Below, one piece after another: positions 53,636 through 63,652 of a stretch of 64,000 nucleotides of DNA. Each line of letters opens with the position of its first letter. The first letter of the stretch is position 1. The notes beneath the pieces were generated by a model. It made no database searches. It saw only the letters and a program-made list of their open reading frames with translations, and was not told the DNA's origin. A program made the translations under genes and the position numbers. The stretch comes from Clostridia bacterium (GTDB taxonomy: Bacteria; Bacillota; Clostridia; Christensenellales; CAG-314). Location of the stretch: NCBI GenBank assembly GCA_017457305.1, contig JAFTHP010000044.1:118411-182410 (forward strand). Direction: 5' to 3'.

Positions 53636-56600
53636 ATGAAAAAACTCTCACTAGTTTTAGTAATTACTCTACTATCCCTTTGTTGTTTAGTAGCAGGATG
53701 CAACATACCTTGCACGCATAGCTACACCACACAAGAAGGTCCAAACTATATTGTGATAACACCACCCACAAGCACAACTGCTGGTGTAGCACAACAGTCT
53801 TGCCTTAACTGTGGATACATACAAAACGTAGCAATACCTGCTACAGGGGAACCAGTGCAACACACCTGCACATATAAGTGTCCAACTTGTCAAAAGTGTA
53901 CCAATACACAATGTACAGAAAGCGTTTGTGCAGATAAGTGTCTAGGACATCTACCACCACATCAATGTGAAAGCATATGTGACATTTGCGGACTTTGCAC
54001 CAACCAAGATTGTACAGAAGCTGTGTGTGAAGATAAATGTCTAGGTCACGTTCCACCCCATACTTGCGAACACAAGTGTGCTATTTGTCAAAAGTGCACA
54101 GATACACAATGTACCGATGATGTTTGTGCAGATAAATGTTCAGGTCACAATCCACCACACACTTGCACGTATATGTGCCCCATTTGTGATAAGTGCACAA
54201 ATACTCAATGCACAGAAGATGTTTGTGCAGATAAGTGCCAAGGTCACTCCACTTCAACAGAAAACATCCAGCAAATCTTGGAAAAATATCAAGATTATGC
54301 TGATTGGAACTTCAAAACAAAGTTCACACTTACAGTAGACGGCGAAGAATACGTTACATACTATCAATTCCTAAAGGAAGACCTTGCCCTTACCTACGAA
54401 GTGGACGGAGTAAACTACACAGATTATGTGCGTTTTACCGAAACGGATGCCATCTACTACTATCAAAACGATGATGGCACCTACACCGCTTACAGTATGG
54501 CAGAAGATGAGTATACCTTCTACGAGCTATACAACTACGTAGATTACTTTGAACTGTGCTACATTTCGGAGTTCAAGTTCAGCCTTGTAAACGGAAGCTA
54601 CCTTGCAAATAATGTTCAAGACACCGCCAAATCAGTATTTGGTGACTACGAAGGAGATGTTTTCTCCGAATTTAGCTTGAAAGTGGCTAATGGCTTTATC
54701 AGCGAAATTCACTCCAAATCCGTGTACACATACGAAGGGGAATCCGCTAACTACACTTACGACGTAGAGTTGTACGGTTACGGCACAGTTAACTTCGATA
54801 TAGACAGCTTGCCACTTGAAGGAACAACATCTCACACCTGTACAAGCAAGTGCTCTACTTGCGGTCTTTGCACCGACACTAGCTGTACCGAAGACGTTTG
54901 CTCCAATAAATGCCAAGGACACACTATCACTCCACCAGCGCATACTTGCACAAGCATTTGTTCAACTTGTGGCAAGTGCACAGACCAATCTTGTGCAGAA
55001 GCTGTATGTGAAAATAAGTGTCAAGGTCACAGTACAACTCCTAGCCAAAGCCTAATTGCAACATTTAATGGTGCTGAAGGAAAACAACTTTATACAGAAA
55101 ATAGTAATTTAACGTTTACTGCAAGTGTAGCTCCTTATGGCTATGACACTCAAAAAGCTGGAGTACAGTTTACACAAAGTAGCGGAACAGCGGTAGTTAC
55201 CAGCGACCAAACACTAACCGGTGTTACAAGCATTACAGTAAAGGTTCAAACAAACCAAACTTCCGGCATGACAGTTGTTGTAAAGATTGGTTCAACCACG
55301 TTTACAACAAGCAACAACAAGGTTATTAAGGATGATGGAATAACAGACATTGTGTTCACTTCATCCACAGCAGCCAGCGGAAAACTATCCATTACACTAG
55401 AACCAACGTCTTCAAGTAAATCAATGTATCTAATGGCTGTTACAGTCAACGGAGCAAGCGGTGGTCAAGGCAGCGAAGGCGGAACATCTACCAACGTAAT
55501 GCCACAACAACAATACAACGCAAATAACTTTGACGACAGAAACTTGCAAGAATTGATGACGTCATTTGAGTTTAGCGACGGAAGCGTAGGCGAAAGTATC
55601 GGTTTACTTTCCGAAGGCACCTACAACGCATTGGTTATCCCCGTTGCATTTAGTAACTACAGCTTTACCCAACAAGAACTAGCAAATCTTAACATTGCGT
55701 TCAATGGTACCGAAGCTCAAACAGGTTGGGAAAGTGTAAAAACCTACTATCAACAATCATCTTATGGTAAGCTAAACATTACCTTTGACATCACAGACGT
55801 GTTCACAGCGGCAAACTCTGCTGCCTACTACGACTACTCCAACAATGATACTAGCGGAAGCGAACAACTTCTACTGGAGGCATTGGAACACTTTGATGGA
55901 AAGATTGACTACAGCAAATACGACGTGGACAATGATGGTTGCATTGATGCTGTTTACCTAATATACGCAGCACCAGTAGACTACGAAAGCGACTCCGAAT
56001 ATTGGGCATTTGTCACCTGGAGTTATGCCGAAGACCAATTTGACCAACTATACCCCTACTACTACTTGTTTGCAGGCAAAGACTTTATGCTAGAAGGCAC
56101 TTCTGCTAGCAAGTATCCTGATGATGAAATTCTCGAAGGAATGATTGTAAACGCATCCACGTACATCCACGAAACTGGCCACCTACTAAGCCTTGACGAC
56201 TACTACGATTACGACGAATCAGCTGGTAGCAACCAAGGATTAGGTTGCGCTGATATGATGGACAGCACCGTTGGCGATCACAGTAGCTACAGCAAGATTA
56301 TGCTTGGTTGGCTAACCCCAACAATTGTTACACAAAGCGGCACCTACACAATTGATGCACTAAGCCAAAACGCAAGCTGTTTGCTTATTCCATTGGACTT
56401 CAACAACTCCTATTTCTGCGAATATCTACTTGTAGATTTGTACGCAGATAGCGGTCTAAACGACCTACATGGAGGTTTTGAAGGCAGTTTGTTGTACGAT
56501 ATTGCCGAATATGGCGTTCGCATCTACCACGTAAGCAACTGGGTTACAAACCCCTACGAAAACGAGTACGGCAGCTATACCGACAACAACAATACATCTA

Positions 56601-56836
56601 GCGATACGGCGCTAATTCGCCTTGTAGAAGCTGATGGAACAATTGGTTTTAGCGATACAGTAGCCGAATATGATTACCAATTTGCAATGGACTACGACCT
56701 GTGGCAAACAGGGGATAGCCTACTAAAAGTATTTCCTAACTTTGCTAGATACGACAACAAGCTTGTAAACTTCGATATTACCATCGACAGCGTATCAATG
56801 GATCAAGCAACAGTTACCGTTACTTTTAACAACTAG
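53636..56836 (+). CDS. 1066-aa lipoprotein: six 7-Cys repeats, central beta-rich region, C-terminal M6 (immune inhibitor A-like) zinc metalloprotease domain
   Basis: Lipobox LVAGC. Repeats of the HTCxxxCxxCxxCTxxxCTExVCxDKCxGH type. ALVIPVAFSN, YDVDNDGCIDAVYLIYAA, HETGHLLSLDDYYDYD (56168-56182), KIMLGWLTP. Confidence 0.7.
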   Translation: MKKLSLVLVITLLSLCCLVAGCNIPCTHSYTTQEGPNYIVITPPTSTTAGVAQQSCLNCGYIQNVAIPATGEPVQHTCTYKCPTCQKCTNTQCTESVCADKCLGHLPPHQCESICDICGLCTNQDCTEAVCEDKCLGHVPPHTCEHKCAICQKCTDTQCTDDVCADKCSGHNPPHTCTYMCPICDKCTNTQCTEDVCADKCQGHSTSTENIQQILEKYQDYADWNFKTKFTLTVDGEEYVTYYQFLKEDLALTYEVDGVNYTDYVRFTETDAIYYYQNDDGTYTAYSMAEDEYTFYELYNYVDYFELCYISEFKFSLVNGSYLANNVQDTAKSVFGDYEGDVFSEFSLKVANGFISEIHSKSVYTYEGESANYTYDVELYGYGTVNFDIDSLPLEGTTSHTCTSKCSTCGLCTDTSCTEDVCSNKCQGHTITPPAHTCTSICSTCGKCTDQSCAEAVCENKCQGHSTTPSQSLIATFNGAEGKQLYTENSNLTFTASVAPYGYDTQKAGVQFTQSSGTAVVTSDQTLTGVTSITVKVQTNQTSGMTVVVKIGSTTFTTSNNKVIKDDGITDIVFTSSTAASGKLSITLEPTSSSKSMYLMAVTVNGASGGQGSEGGTSTNVMPQQQYNANNFDDRNLQELMTSFEFSDGSVGESIGLLSEGTYNALVIPVAFSNYSFTQQELANLNIAFNGTEAQTGWESVKTYYQQSSYGKLNITFDITDVFTAANSAAYYDYSNNDTSGSEQLLLEALEHFDGKIDYSKYDVDNDGCIDAVYLIYAAPVDYESDSEYWAFVTWSYAEDQFDQLYPYYYLFAGKDFMLEGTSASKYPDDEILEGMIVNASTYIHETGHLLSLDDYYDYDESAGSNQGLGCADMMDSTVGDHSSYSKIMLGWLTPTIVTQSGTYTIDALSQNASCLLIPLDFNNSYFCEYLLVDLYADSGLNDLHGGFEGSLLYDIAEYGVRIYHVSNWVTNPYENEYGSYTDNNNTSSDTALIRLVEADGTIGFSDTVAEYDYQFAMDYDLWQTGDSLLKVFPNFARYDNKLVNFDITIDSVSMDQATVTVTFNN

Positions 56837-56890
56837 TTAACTTGTGGTAGGGTAATAAAAAACAAAAACACTAAAACAAAATAAAAAACA

Positions 56891-56922
56891 AAAAAAGACA
56901 CCCATTGCTAGGTGTCTTTTTT
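56891..56922. terminator. Bidirectional terminator between convergent genes
   Basis: AAGACACC-cattgcta-GGTGTCTT flanked by an A-run and a T-run. Confidence 0.8.
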
Positions 56923-56937
56923 AATGCAAAATCGCTA

Positions 56938-57528
56938 TTAGCTAAAGTTATATGTAATGGATACTGAACCTTGATTTGCGCTTGTATACGTTAATTGAAT
57001 TTGTTGGAGCTTTTGTGCGTAACTAATCATAACTTGCATATTTGTGCAAACAAGATTTGGATTACCTGTAAAGCTGATTGGATTGGTTACCGTTGCTGTA
57101 AACACATTGGATTGTCCAGAAATAAACCTTACATTTGTAAAGTATGTTGGGCTGAAGGAAAATCCATTTGTAGCCAAAGCAATATAGCTTTCGTCTGCTG
57201 GTTCACCATTTTGTTCTACAATTTTTCCGCCTTGGATAACAATGTTACCAGATTTGTTTGTGATAAAGCTACTTGGTGTGTTTTCCGTATCAAAAGTGGA
57301 AAGCTGTTGGTAAGTGTATTGCACCTTTGTTTTGTCCCCTTCCACTGTCACAAAAATACTTGCGGTTAGTTCAACATCCAACTTTGAAACAATTTTAACC
57401 ACAACTTGTTGGTATTCTTGGGAAGAAAGACTGTTCAATACTTGGTAATTTGCTGTGTTATTTGTGCATCCGCACAAAAGAGAAACTAGCAAAACCAAAA
57501 TCATTGCTAAAGTAATTGTCTTTTTCAT
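56938..57528 (-). CDS. Lipoprotein of unknown function, 196 aa
   Basis: Signal peptide with lipobox LCGC. Beta-rich sequence. Immediately downstream of the nuclease gene. Confidence 0.55.
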   Translation of the reverse strand: MKKTITLAMILVLLVSLLCGCTNNTANYQVLNSLSSQEYQQVVVKIVSKLDVELTASIFVTVEGDKTKVQYTYQQLSTFDTENTPSSFITNKSGNIVIQGGKIVEQNGEPADESYIALATNGFSFSPTYFTNVRFISGQSNVFTATVTNPISFTGNPNLVCTNMQVMISYAQKLQQIQLTYTSANQGSVSITYNFS

Positions 57529-57543
57529 TTTGCTAACCTCCTG

Positions 57544-60195
57544 TTATCTTTTGTAAATGCCCAAAACTGCAAGCAATGCAAACAATACGATTAGAATCTT
57601 AGACAAGGAAATAACTACTGTTTCTACTGCCGAACTGATATCTTGGTTGTTTTTGTTTGCTTGTGTGTTGTATGCTGTGATTTCCGCTTGAAGTGTGTTG
57701 TAAAGGGATACTACAGCATCTTTTTCTTCTTGTGTAAGTCCGTTGTAAGCGTCAAGTGCTTGTCTTATAGCTGTAAACTTGTTTTGCAAACCTTGCGCAG
57801 CAGTTACGTTAGCAACGGCATTTTCAAATTGAACAATGGCTGGGTTGCGTGTAACTGTGACATCGCAAACCTTAACGGTAATTCCGTTATATGTGCAACT
57901 AACCGACGTTGTTTGTAGTGTTAGTACGTCACTTTGTGTTGCTGTGTCTGTCCAAGTGCAGGAAGAAAGCTCAATATTTTGTGTTGTACCGTCAGAGAAA
58001 CTTGCTGTAACTGTCAATCCATTTGGATTGAATTTTTCCCCTTCAATGTACTGTGTTGTTGATACACCTGTAATGGTAATATTGACAAGTTTGTAATCAA
58101 CAGTTATTTGAATTGGATCGGATGTATATGTTTGATATTTGCAAACAATCTCCGTTGTTTCAAGAGTAATAATCGTGCTTCCAGTAGCTTTGTCAACCCA
58201 AGAACAATCTTCAAACTCAATGCTTTCGGTAGAGTTATCGGAGTAAACCAACTTTACTGATAATCCTGTTGGGTCGAACGTTTGATTAGGGAAGTATACT
58301 GTCTTATCTGCAGTTCCTTCTACTACAATTCCTACTGGATAAATTACCTTTACTTGGATAGGTTCTGATACAAACCCATTATACTTGCAAACTATATGTG
58401 TTGTTTCGCCAGTAAGTGTTGCGCTATTTGTTTCCTTGTCTACCCACATGCACTCGTCTAATGAAACTGCTTGTGTGGAGTCGTCAGAGTATACTAGTTT
58501 TACACTTAGTCCTGTTGGGTCGAATGTTTGATTAGGGAAGTATACTGTCTTATCTGCAGTTCCTACTACTGTTATACCTGTTGGCCAAATTACCTTGATT
58601 GCGCCTGCATCGTACCACTTTCCACCATATGTAAATCCAATAGATGTGGAATTTTTGGTAACGTTTGAACTGTTGTCGTTTGTTTCCCACTCAACTTGTT
58701 GTGTGATATCTACTTGAGAGCTATCCGAGTAAATAGCTTTTGCTGTAACACCACCACAATCTATCTTGTCGCCCAACAAATACGAAGTCTTTGTTAGTGA
58801 ACCAGTAATTTGGATGCTTTCCAACTGCTTAACTGTTACTGTTGCAGTAGCTTTGATGTTGGCATTTTCGGTACTGGTTGCGGTGATTGTTGCCGTTCCC
58901 TTGCCTACTGCTGTAACTTTACCATTGGATACTGTTGCAACGCTAGAATCAGACGTACTCCATGTGACAGTGCTAACTGCATTAGTTGGAGAAACCTTAA
59001 CTGTAATTTGTTCTGTATCTCCTACAGACAAAGCAACGTTGCTGTTAGACAAAGTGATACTTGTTGGAGCAATTGTGCTAACGGTTACTGTTGCAGTTGC
59101 CTTTACGTTGGCGTTTTCGGTGCTGGTTGCAGTAATTGTTGCTGTTCCCTTGCCCACAGCTGTAACCTTACCATTGGATACTGTTGCAACGCTAGAGTTA
59201 GACGTTGTCCATTTAACCGCGTTGCTTGCGCCAGCTGGATTAGCTGTAACACTAAGAGTTTGTGTTCCTCCTACTTTCAACGCAAGGGAAGTGCTTGATA
59301 AAGCAATAGAAGTAACAGCAATAGTTGATTTGCCCCAAATTTTATCGGCATATTCAGGATGGTCAACAAATGGATTTCTGTTACCTTGAATTTTGTAAAC
59401 AGCATCGTTACGATTGCGTTCAATATCATCAACGGGGTCTTCTCTGTTCCATTTGAGCAAAAGATCTATGCACGCATCTTCTGAGCCGGCACCAATAACG
59501 TTAGAAAACTTAAGAGTGCCAAATGCTCCGCCGCTTCCGTTGGTTGTTCCGCCAACATTACTATAAGTGTTGTAATGTGTATACACGTACATAACTATAC
59601 GCGCAACGTCACCTTTAACAAAATCTAGTGGTTCAAACTCTCCGCTTGCAACATAGCCACCAATTGCAACATTTTTGTTATTTGAATCTTCGTAATATAC
59701 TGCTTTACCACCAGATACTTCGTCAAATTTGTTGTTACCTCTTGCAGAGTTAAGTCCCGTTTCTACTGGACGAATATGGTGCAAATCAGAACCACCATTA
59801 CTTTGCCCCCACATGTCATTAGAAAGACTTTGTGGCCAAACATGTTCACGGTTCCAAGTGCCTTGATTTCCGCTTCCCCAAGTTCCAGCAATATCTGCTT
59901 GAGAGTAGAACTCCATTACATAACCAGATTTACTACCCGCATCAGTAGTTTTAATAATTGTGGTATTCTTACAATCATTATAACTTGTATATTTCGTGTG
60001 AGTTTTTGTAATAAGGTCATGAATTTGGCCAAGTAGTTGTTTTCCACTTGTTGCGGTAATGCCTGCATAATAACTATCCGATGCGGCAGATGCTACAACC
60101 GTATTAGAAAACGGAATAACAGACAATAGTGTTGCAAAGCAAAGCACCATGACTAAAACTAATGAAAAACTTTTAACATTATTTTGTCTTTTCAT
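57544..60195 (-). CDS. Cell-surface endonuclease I-family nuclease with two Big_2 domains, several Ig-like repeats and a C-terminal TM anchor
   Basis: WNREHVWPQS, GSDLHHIRP...N..RGNNKF. Two Big_2-like copies (…VATVSNGKVTAVGKGTATITATSTENA…). C-terminal hydrophobic helix. I prefer the ATG at 60195 (signal peptide starts MKRQNN). Confidence 0.75.
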   Translation of the reverse strand: MKRQNNVKSFSLVLVMVLCFATLLSVIPFSNTVVASAASDSYYAGITATSGKQLLGQIHDLITKTHTKYTSYNDCKNTTIIKTTDAGSKSGYVMEFYSQADIAGTWGSGNQGTWNREHVWPQSLSNDMWGQSNGGSDLHHIRPVETGLNSARGNNKFDEVSGGKAVYYEDSNNKNVAIGGYVASGEFEPLDFVKGDVARIVMYVYTHYNTYSNVGGTTNGSGGAFGTLKFSNVIGAGSEDACIDLLLKWNREDPVDDIERNRNDAVYKIQGNRNPFVDHPEYADKIWGKSTIAVTSIALSSTSLALKVGGTQTLSVTANPAGASNAVKWTTSNSSVATVSNGKVTAVGKGTATITATSTENANVKATATVTVSTIAPTSITLSNSNVALSVGDTEQITVKVSPTNAVSTVTWSTSDSSVATVSNGKVTAVGKGTATITATSTENANIKATATVTVKQLESIQITGSLTKTSYLLGDKIDCGGVTAKAIYSDSSQVDITQQVEWETNDNSSNVTKNSTSIGFTYGGKWYDAGAIKVIWPTGITVVGTADKTVYFPNQTFDPTGLSVKLVYSDDSTQAVSLDECMWVDKETNSATLTGETTHIVCKYNGFVSEPIQVKVIYPVGIVVEGTADKTVYFPNQTFDPTGLSVKLVYSDNSTESIEFEDCSWVDKATGSTIITLETTEIVCKYQTYTSDPIQITVDYKLVNITITGVSTTQYIEGEKFNPNGLTVTASFSDGTTQNIELSSCTWTDTATQSDVLTLQTTSVSCTYNGITVKVCDVTVTRNPAIVQFENAVANVTAAQGLQNKFTAIRQALDAYNGLTQEEKDAVVSLYNTLQAEITAYNTQANKNNQDISSAVETVVISLSKILIVLFALLAVLGIYKR

Positions 60196-60344
60196 AAGTG
60201 GAATCTCCAAGGGCAGTTGCAAAAAACCGCAAACTACCAATTATATTTATAAATTTATTATACAATAAAAAAATAATAATGTAAACAGAAAAAACAACAT
60301 CTACTTATAGATAAACCCAATAACTACATAGATAAAAGCGCAAC

Positions 60345-60374
60345 AAAAAAACAGACACAAAATGATGTGTCTGT
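60345..60374 (-). terminator. Terminator after the Nudix gene
   Basis: Minus strand ACAGACACA-tcatttt-GTGTCTGT followed by a T-run. Confidence 0.7.
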
Positions 60375-60493
60375 TTGATGTAGTTTATTTAGCTTTTTAA
60401 ACAAACCAAACTTAGCGTTCTATACGTCTTTACCATCTAACAAGAGGCAATCAGTTTCTGCACAGAAAAATGCTGTTTGTCGGTGTAAAGTGT

Positions 60494-60889
60494 TTACGCA
60501 AAATCCTTTTTGAGTTTTTCCAAAATAGGGATATCTGCTGGACAAAATTGGTAATCGTCCGCTTCGTCTGGGTACACCCAAGCGATATCGTCATATTCAG
60601 AAACAACCCAATCAACACGGTCAACAACGGTGTTAAAAAGCGTTAGTTGTACTATAATATCATCGTACTCGTGCTCTACCGAGCAGTACTCGTCTTGCGC
60701 ACGAACAACAAATCCAAGTTCTTCGTAGCATTCGCGGGCAAGTGCTGCTTGCTTTGTTTCGCCAGCTTCTACCTTGCCACCAGGGAACTCCCACATGCCA
60801 GCACGAGCTTTATTTTTGGGGCGTTTTCCGCACAAAAACTTACCATTGTTCCAAATCAGTGCAGCTACTACTTCTACTGTCTTTTTCAT
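60494..60889 (-). CDS. Nudix hydrolase (MutT-like)
   Basis: Nudix box GMWEFPGGKVEAGETKQAALARECYEELG. Confidence 0.85.
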   Translation of the reverse strand: MKKTVEVVAALIWNNGKFLCGKRPKNKARAGMWEFPGGKVEAGETKQAALARECYEELGFVVRAQDEYCSVEHEYDDIIVQLTLFNTVVDRVDWVVSEYDDIAWVYPDEADDYQFCPADIPILEKLKKDFA

Positions 60890-60942
60890 AATAACTCCTT
60901 ATTCTTAGAGCAAACGCATACTTATATTTGCTTGATAAAGAA

Positions 60943-62190
60943 CTAATCTTCGGTATTCTTGTCTGTATTTTTTACTTTTGGTTGTGGCAACAAAACGGTA
61001 AAGGTTGTTCTGCCTGCATGATAACTAGCAGTAATCTTTCCGCCGTGAGATTGTACAATCTTTTGTGCAATGGACAATCCTAATCCATTACCACCCTTGT
61101 TTTTATTGCGTGACGGATCAAGCGTGTAGAATCTATCAAACAAGTGCTTGATTTGTTCGTCTGTTAGTTCGTCACTATCGTTACTAACAACTAGCTCTAC
61201 CTGTTTGCCGTTAGCTTGCAACAATAGTTGGATATCTCCTGTGCCCTTGGAATACTTGTTTGCATTGTCCAAAAGTATTGTTACAAGTTGTTTTAGTTGA
61301 CCTTCGTTGCCCTTGACCACGATGTCGCGCTTGATGTCGTAGGTAAATACCTTTCCATTTTCATAGAACAATGCGTCAAATCCAAGGGATACAATTCCCG
61401 TGCAATCGGAAATGTTGACTGTTTTCATTTCCACACGAACACCGTCGTCATTTTTTGCCAAGAATAGTAAATCTGCAACCAACTCTGCCATACGGTTTGC
61501 TTCCAAACGGGTGTTCTCTATCCACTTCATTTGACTTTGAACTGTATCTTCCTGGTGAGATGCAATAATCTCGGTATTTGCTAAAATTACCGAAATTGGT
61601 GTTTTTAGCTCGTGCGAAGCATCCGCAACAAACTGACGTTGATTGTTCCAGCTGTCTTCTACTGGCTTCAATGCAACTCGTGCCAAGATAATGGAAATAA
61701 TGAAGTATGCCCCAACACCAACAAGCAACGTGATTACAGAATATGCGATAAAGGATACTACACTGTTTTGTAAACTGTCAATATCGTAAATAGCAATTAA
61801 CAAGGTTTGAGTTTTACTATCCCACACTCTACGATAATTGGTTCTAACTGGTAACCAACCAGTATCTTCTTCAGACTGAACAATTTTGTTTACAAGTTGA
61901 TTTAATCTGACAAGACCAATATCTACCCCCGGGCCATAGCGAAGATTGATGATTTTTTGCTGGTTAACGTCGTATTGCACCAACGCAATGTCGGTAAACA
62001 TTTCGTCTTCCGCAAATACGTTTGGCGGGGTGGAAAAGTCATAACTCAACGCTTCTTCCATGCGAAGATTTCTGTCGGTGTGCAAGCGTCCGTATCCAAT
62101 GGAAAAAACGATTAACAATCCAACAAAGAATACCAAACAAACGGATATAGCATTGATAACTATTATTTTTTTGCGAAGTTTATTTATCAA
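60943..62190 (-). CDS. Sensor histidine kinase (two TM helices, HisKA, HATPase_c)
   Basis: H-box FVADASHELKTP. N-box LLDNANKYS. G-box GGNGLGLSIA. Confidence 0.85.
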   Translation of the reverse strand: MINKLRKKIIVINAISVCLVFFVGLLIVFSIGYGRLHTDRNLRMEEALSYDFSTPPNVFAEDEMFTDIALVQYDVNQQKIINLRYGPGVDIGLVRLNQLVNKIVQSEEDTGWLPVRTNYRRVWDSKTQTLLIAIYDIDSLQNSVVSFIAYSVITLLVGVGAYFIISIILARVALKPVEDSWNNQRQFVADASHELKTPISVILANTEIIASHQEDTVQSQMKWIENTRLEANRMAELVADLLFLAKNDDGVRVEMKTVNISDCTGIVSLGFDALFYENGKVFTYDIKRDIVVKGNEGQLKQLVTILLDNANKYSKGTGDIQLLLQANGKQVELVVSNDSDELTDEQIKHLFDRFYTLDPSRNKNKGGNGLGLSIAQKIVQSHGGKITASYHAGRTTFTVLLPQPKVKNTDKNTED

Positions 62191-62870
62191 TTTGTTTTCT
62201 CCAAAAAGTAACCTAGCATACGCTTGGTGGCAATATTCAAAGTGCTACCAATGAAAAACAACTTTTTGCGAAGGAAGGAAATATATGCTTCCACGTTGTT
62301 TTCGGTAATATCACTATCCAATCCCCATACCTTGCTAATGATTGTTTCCTTTCCAATGACTTGTGTGGGGTTACTCAAGAACAAACGCATAATCTCGTAT
62401 TCTTTTGCTCCCAAGGCAACACTTTTTGTTCCACAAGACAAAGTATAGTTGAGTGGATTGAGAGATACGTCGGCAAAGGACATTTCGTCGTACACCATTT
62501 CCGACTGTCTGCGAGTAAGTGCCCTTACACGAGCAAGAAGCTCTTCGCTAGCAAATGGTTTTGTAAGATAGTCGTCCGCACCGCAATCAAGTCCCTTTAC
62601 GCGGTTGGAAACTTCATCCCTAGCCGTCAGCATTAAAACTGGTACGCTAACCTTTTTTTCGCGCATACGACGAACCACTTCAAAGCCATCCATATCGGGC
62701 ATCATAACGTCCAAAACGACAACGTCGTAGTCACCAGTTGTAGCGGCAAACAAACCGTTTTCGCCATCGTACACAACGTCGGCTACAAACTTGTTGCGTC
62801 TAAACAATTCGCCAAGTGCATCGGCCAATTTAATTTCGTCATCTATTACTAATACTTTCATACTGTTCAC
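62187..62870 (-). CDS. OmpR/PhoB-family response regulator
   Basis: Receiver domain (VLVIDDE, DVVVLDVMMPDMDG, LTA) plus a winged-helix C-terminus. 4-nt overlap with the kinase gene. Confidence 0.9.
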   Translation of the reverse strand: MNSMKVLVIDDEIKLADALGELFRRNKFVADVVYDGENGLFAATTGDYDVVVLDVMMPDMDGFEVVRRMREKKVSVPVLMLTARDEVSNRVKGLDCGADDYLTKPFASEELLARVRALTRRQSEMVYDEMSFADVSLNPLNYTLSCGTKSVALGAKEYEIMRLFLSNPTQVIGKETIISKVWGLDSDITENNVEAYISFLRKKLFFIGSTLNIATKRMLGYFLEKTN

Positions 62871-63000
62871 CTTATATATTAGCGGTATAAAAATGATAAT
62901 ATATTTCTCTTAAACAAGGCTTAATACTTTTTTGTTAACAATTGCAACAAAACTGTATAATTATTTGTTGGTTGCCAACACTTGCATGGGAGATAAAAAA

Positions 63001-63639
63001 ATGAGTAAATCTAAGAAGGTAATTTTATTTGCAAATTGTGTAACCGTTGTTGTATGTGGAGTTATAGGATTGTACTTGGAACAAGAATTGTTTCAATGGA
63101 AATCCCTTTTGTTCTACACCGCTATTAGCAACCTTGTTGCAATTGTAATGTGTATTGTAATGGCTGTAAAAATAGCAACTAACAAACTAAACTCGAAGGT
63201 GTGGAAAATCCACTTTGTTGTAGCTTCAATGATGGCCTTTACCCTTGGTGTAATATTGCTTGGAGCAGGACTATTTACCAACAATTACGGACAGTATTTT
63301 TGGCAAAATGGAGACTGGGCTTTGCACTTGGTTTGCCCAGTGCTTGTCATAATCAATCACCTTGCATTTAGTCCAAAACAGCTTACAATATCCTGGGGAA
63401 TTATTCCAATGGTTATTACCACTGGGTACGGAATTGTAATGTATATCCTAAATGGGCTTGCTCTAGTTAGTGGTCCCTACTTCTTTTTTGACGTTCAAAC
63501 AATAGGTGTCAAAGCAGGCATCCAGTATGGAATAATTATGGTTATGTATTGTGTTGGTATTACGCTTGCAATGTATTTACCCAAAAGACAGAAACAACAG
63601 TATAGTACAACTAAAAATACTCAAGCAATACACGTATAA
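63001..63639 (+). CDS. Polytopic membrane protein of unknown function
   Basis: About 212 aa with 6 predicted helices. ATG at 63001 after a GGGAGA RBS. Upstream in-frame starts are possible. Confidence 0.5.
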   Translation: MSKSKKVILFANCVTVVVCGVIGLYLEQELFQWKSLLFYTAISNLVAIVMCIVMAVKIATNKLNSKVWKIHFVVASMMAFTLGVILLGAGLFTNNYGQYFWQNGDWALHLVCPVLVIINHLAFSPKQLTISWGIIPMVITTGYGIVMYILNGLALVSGPYFFFDVQTIGVKAGIQYGIIMVMYCVGITLAMYLPKRQKQQYSTTKNTQAIHV

Positions 63640-63652
63640 CCATTGAACAGTT

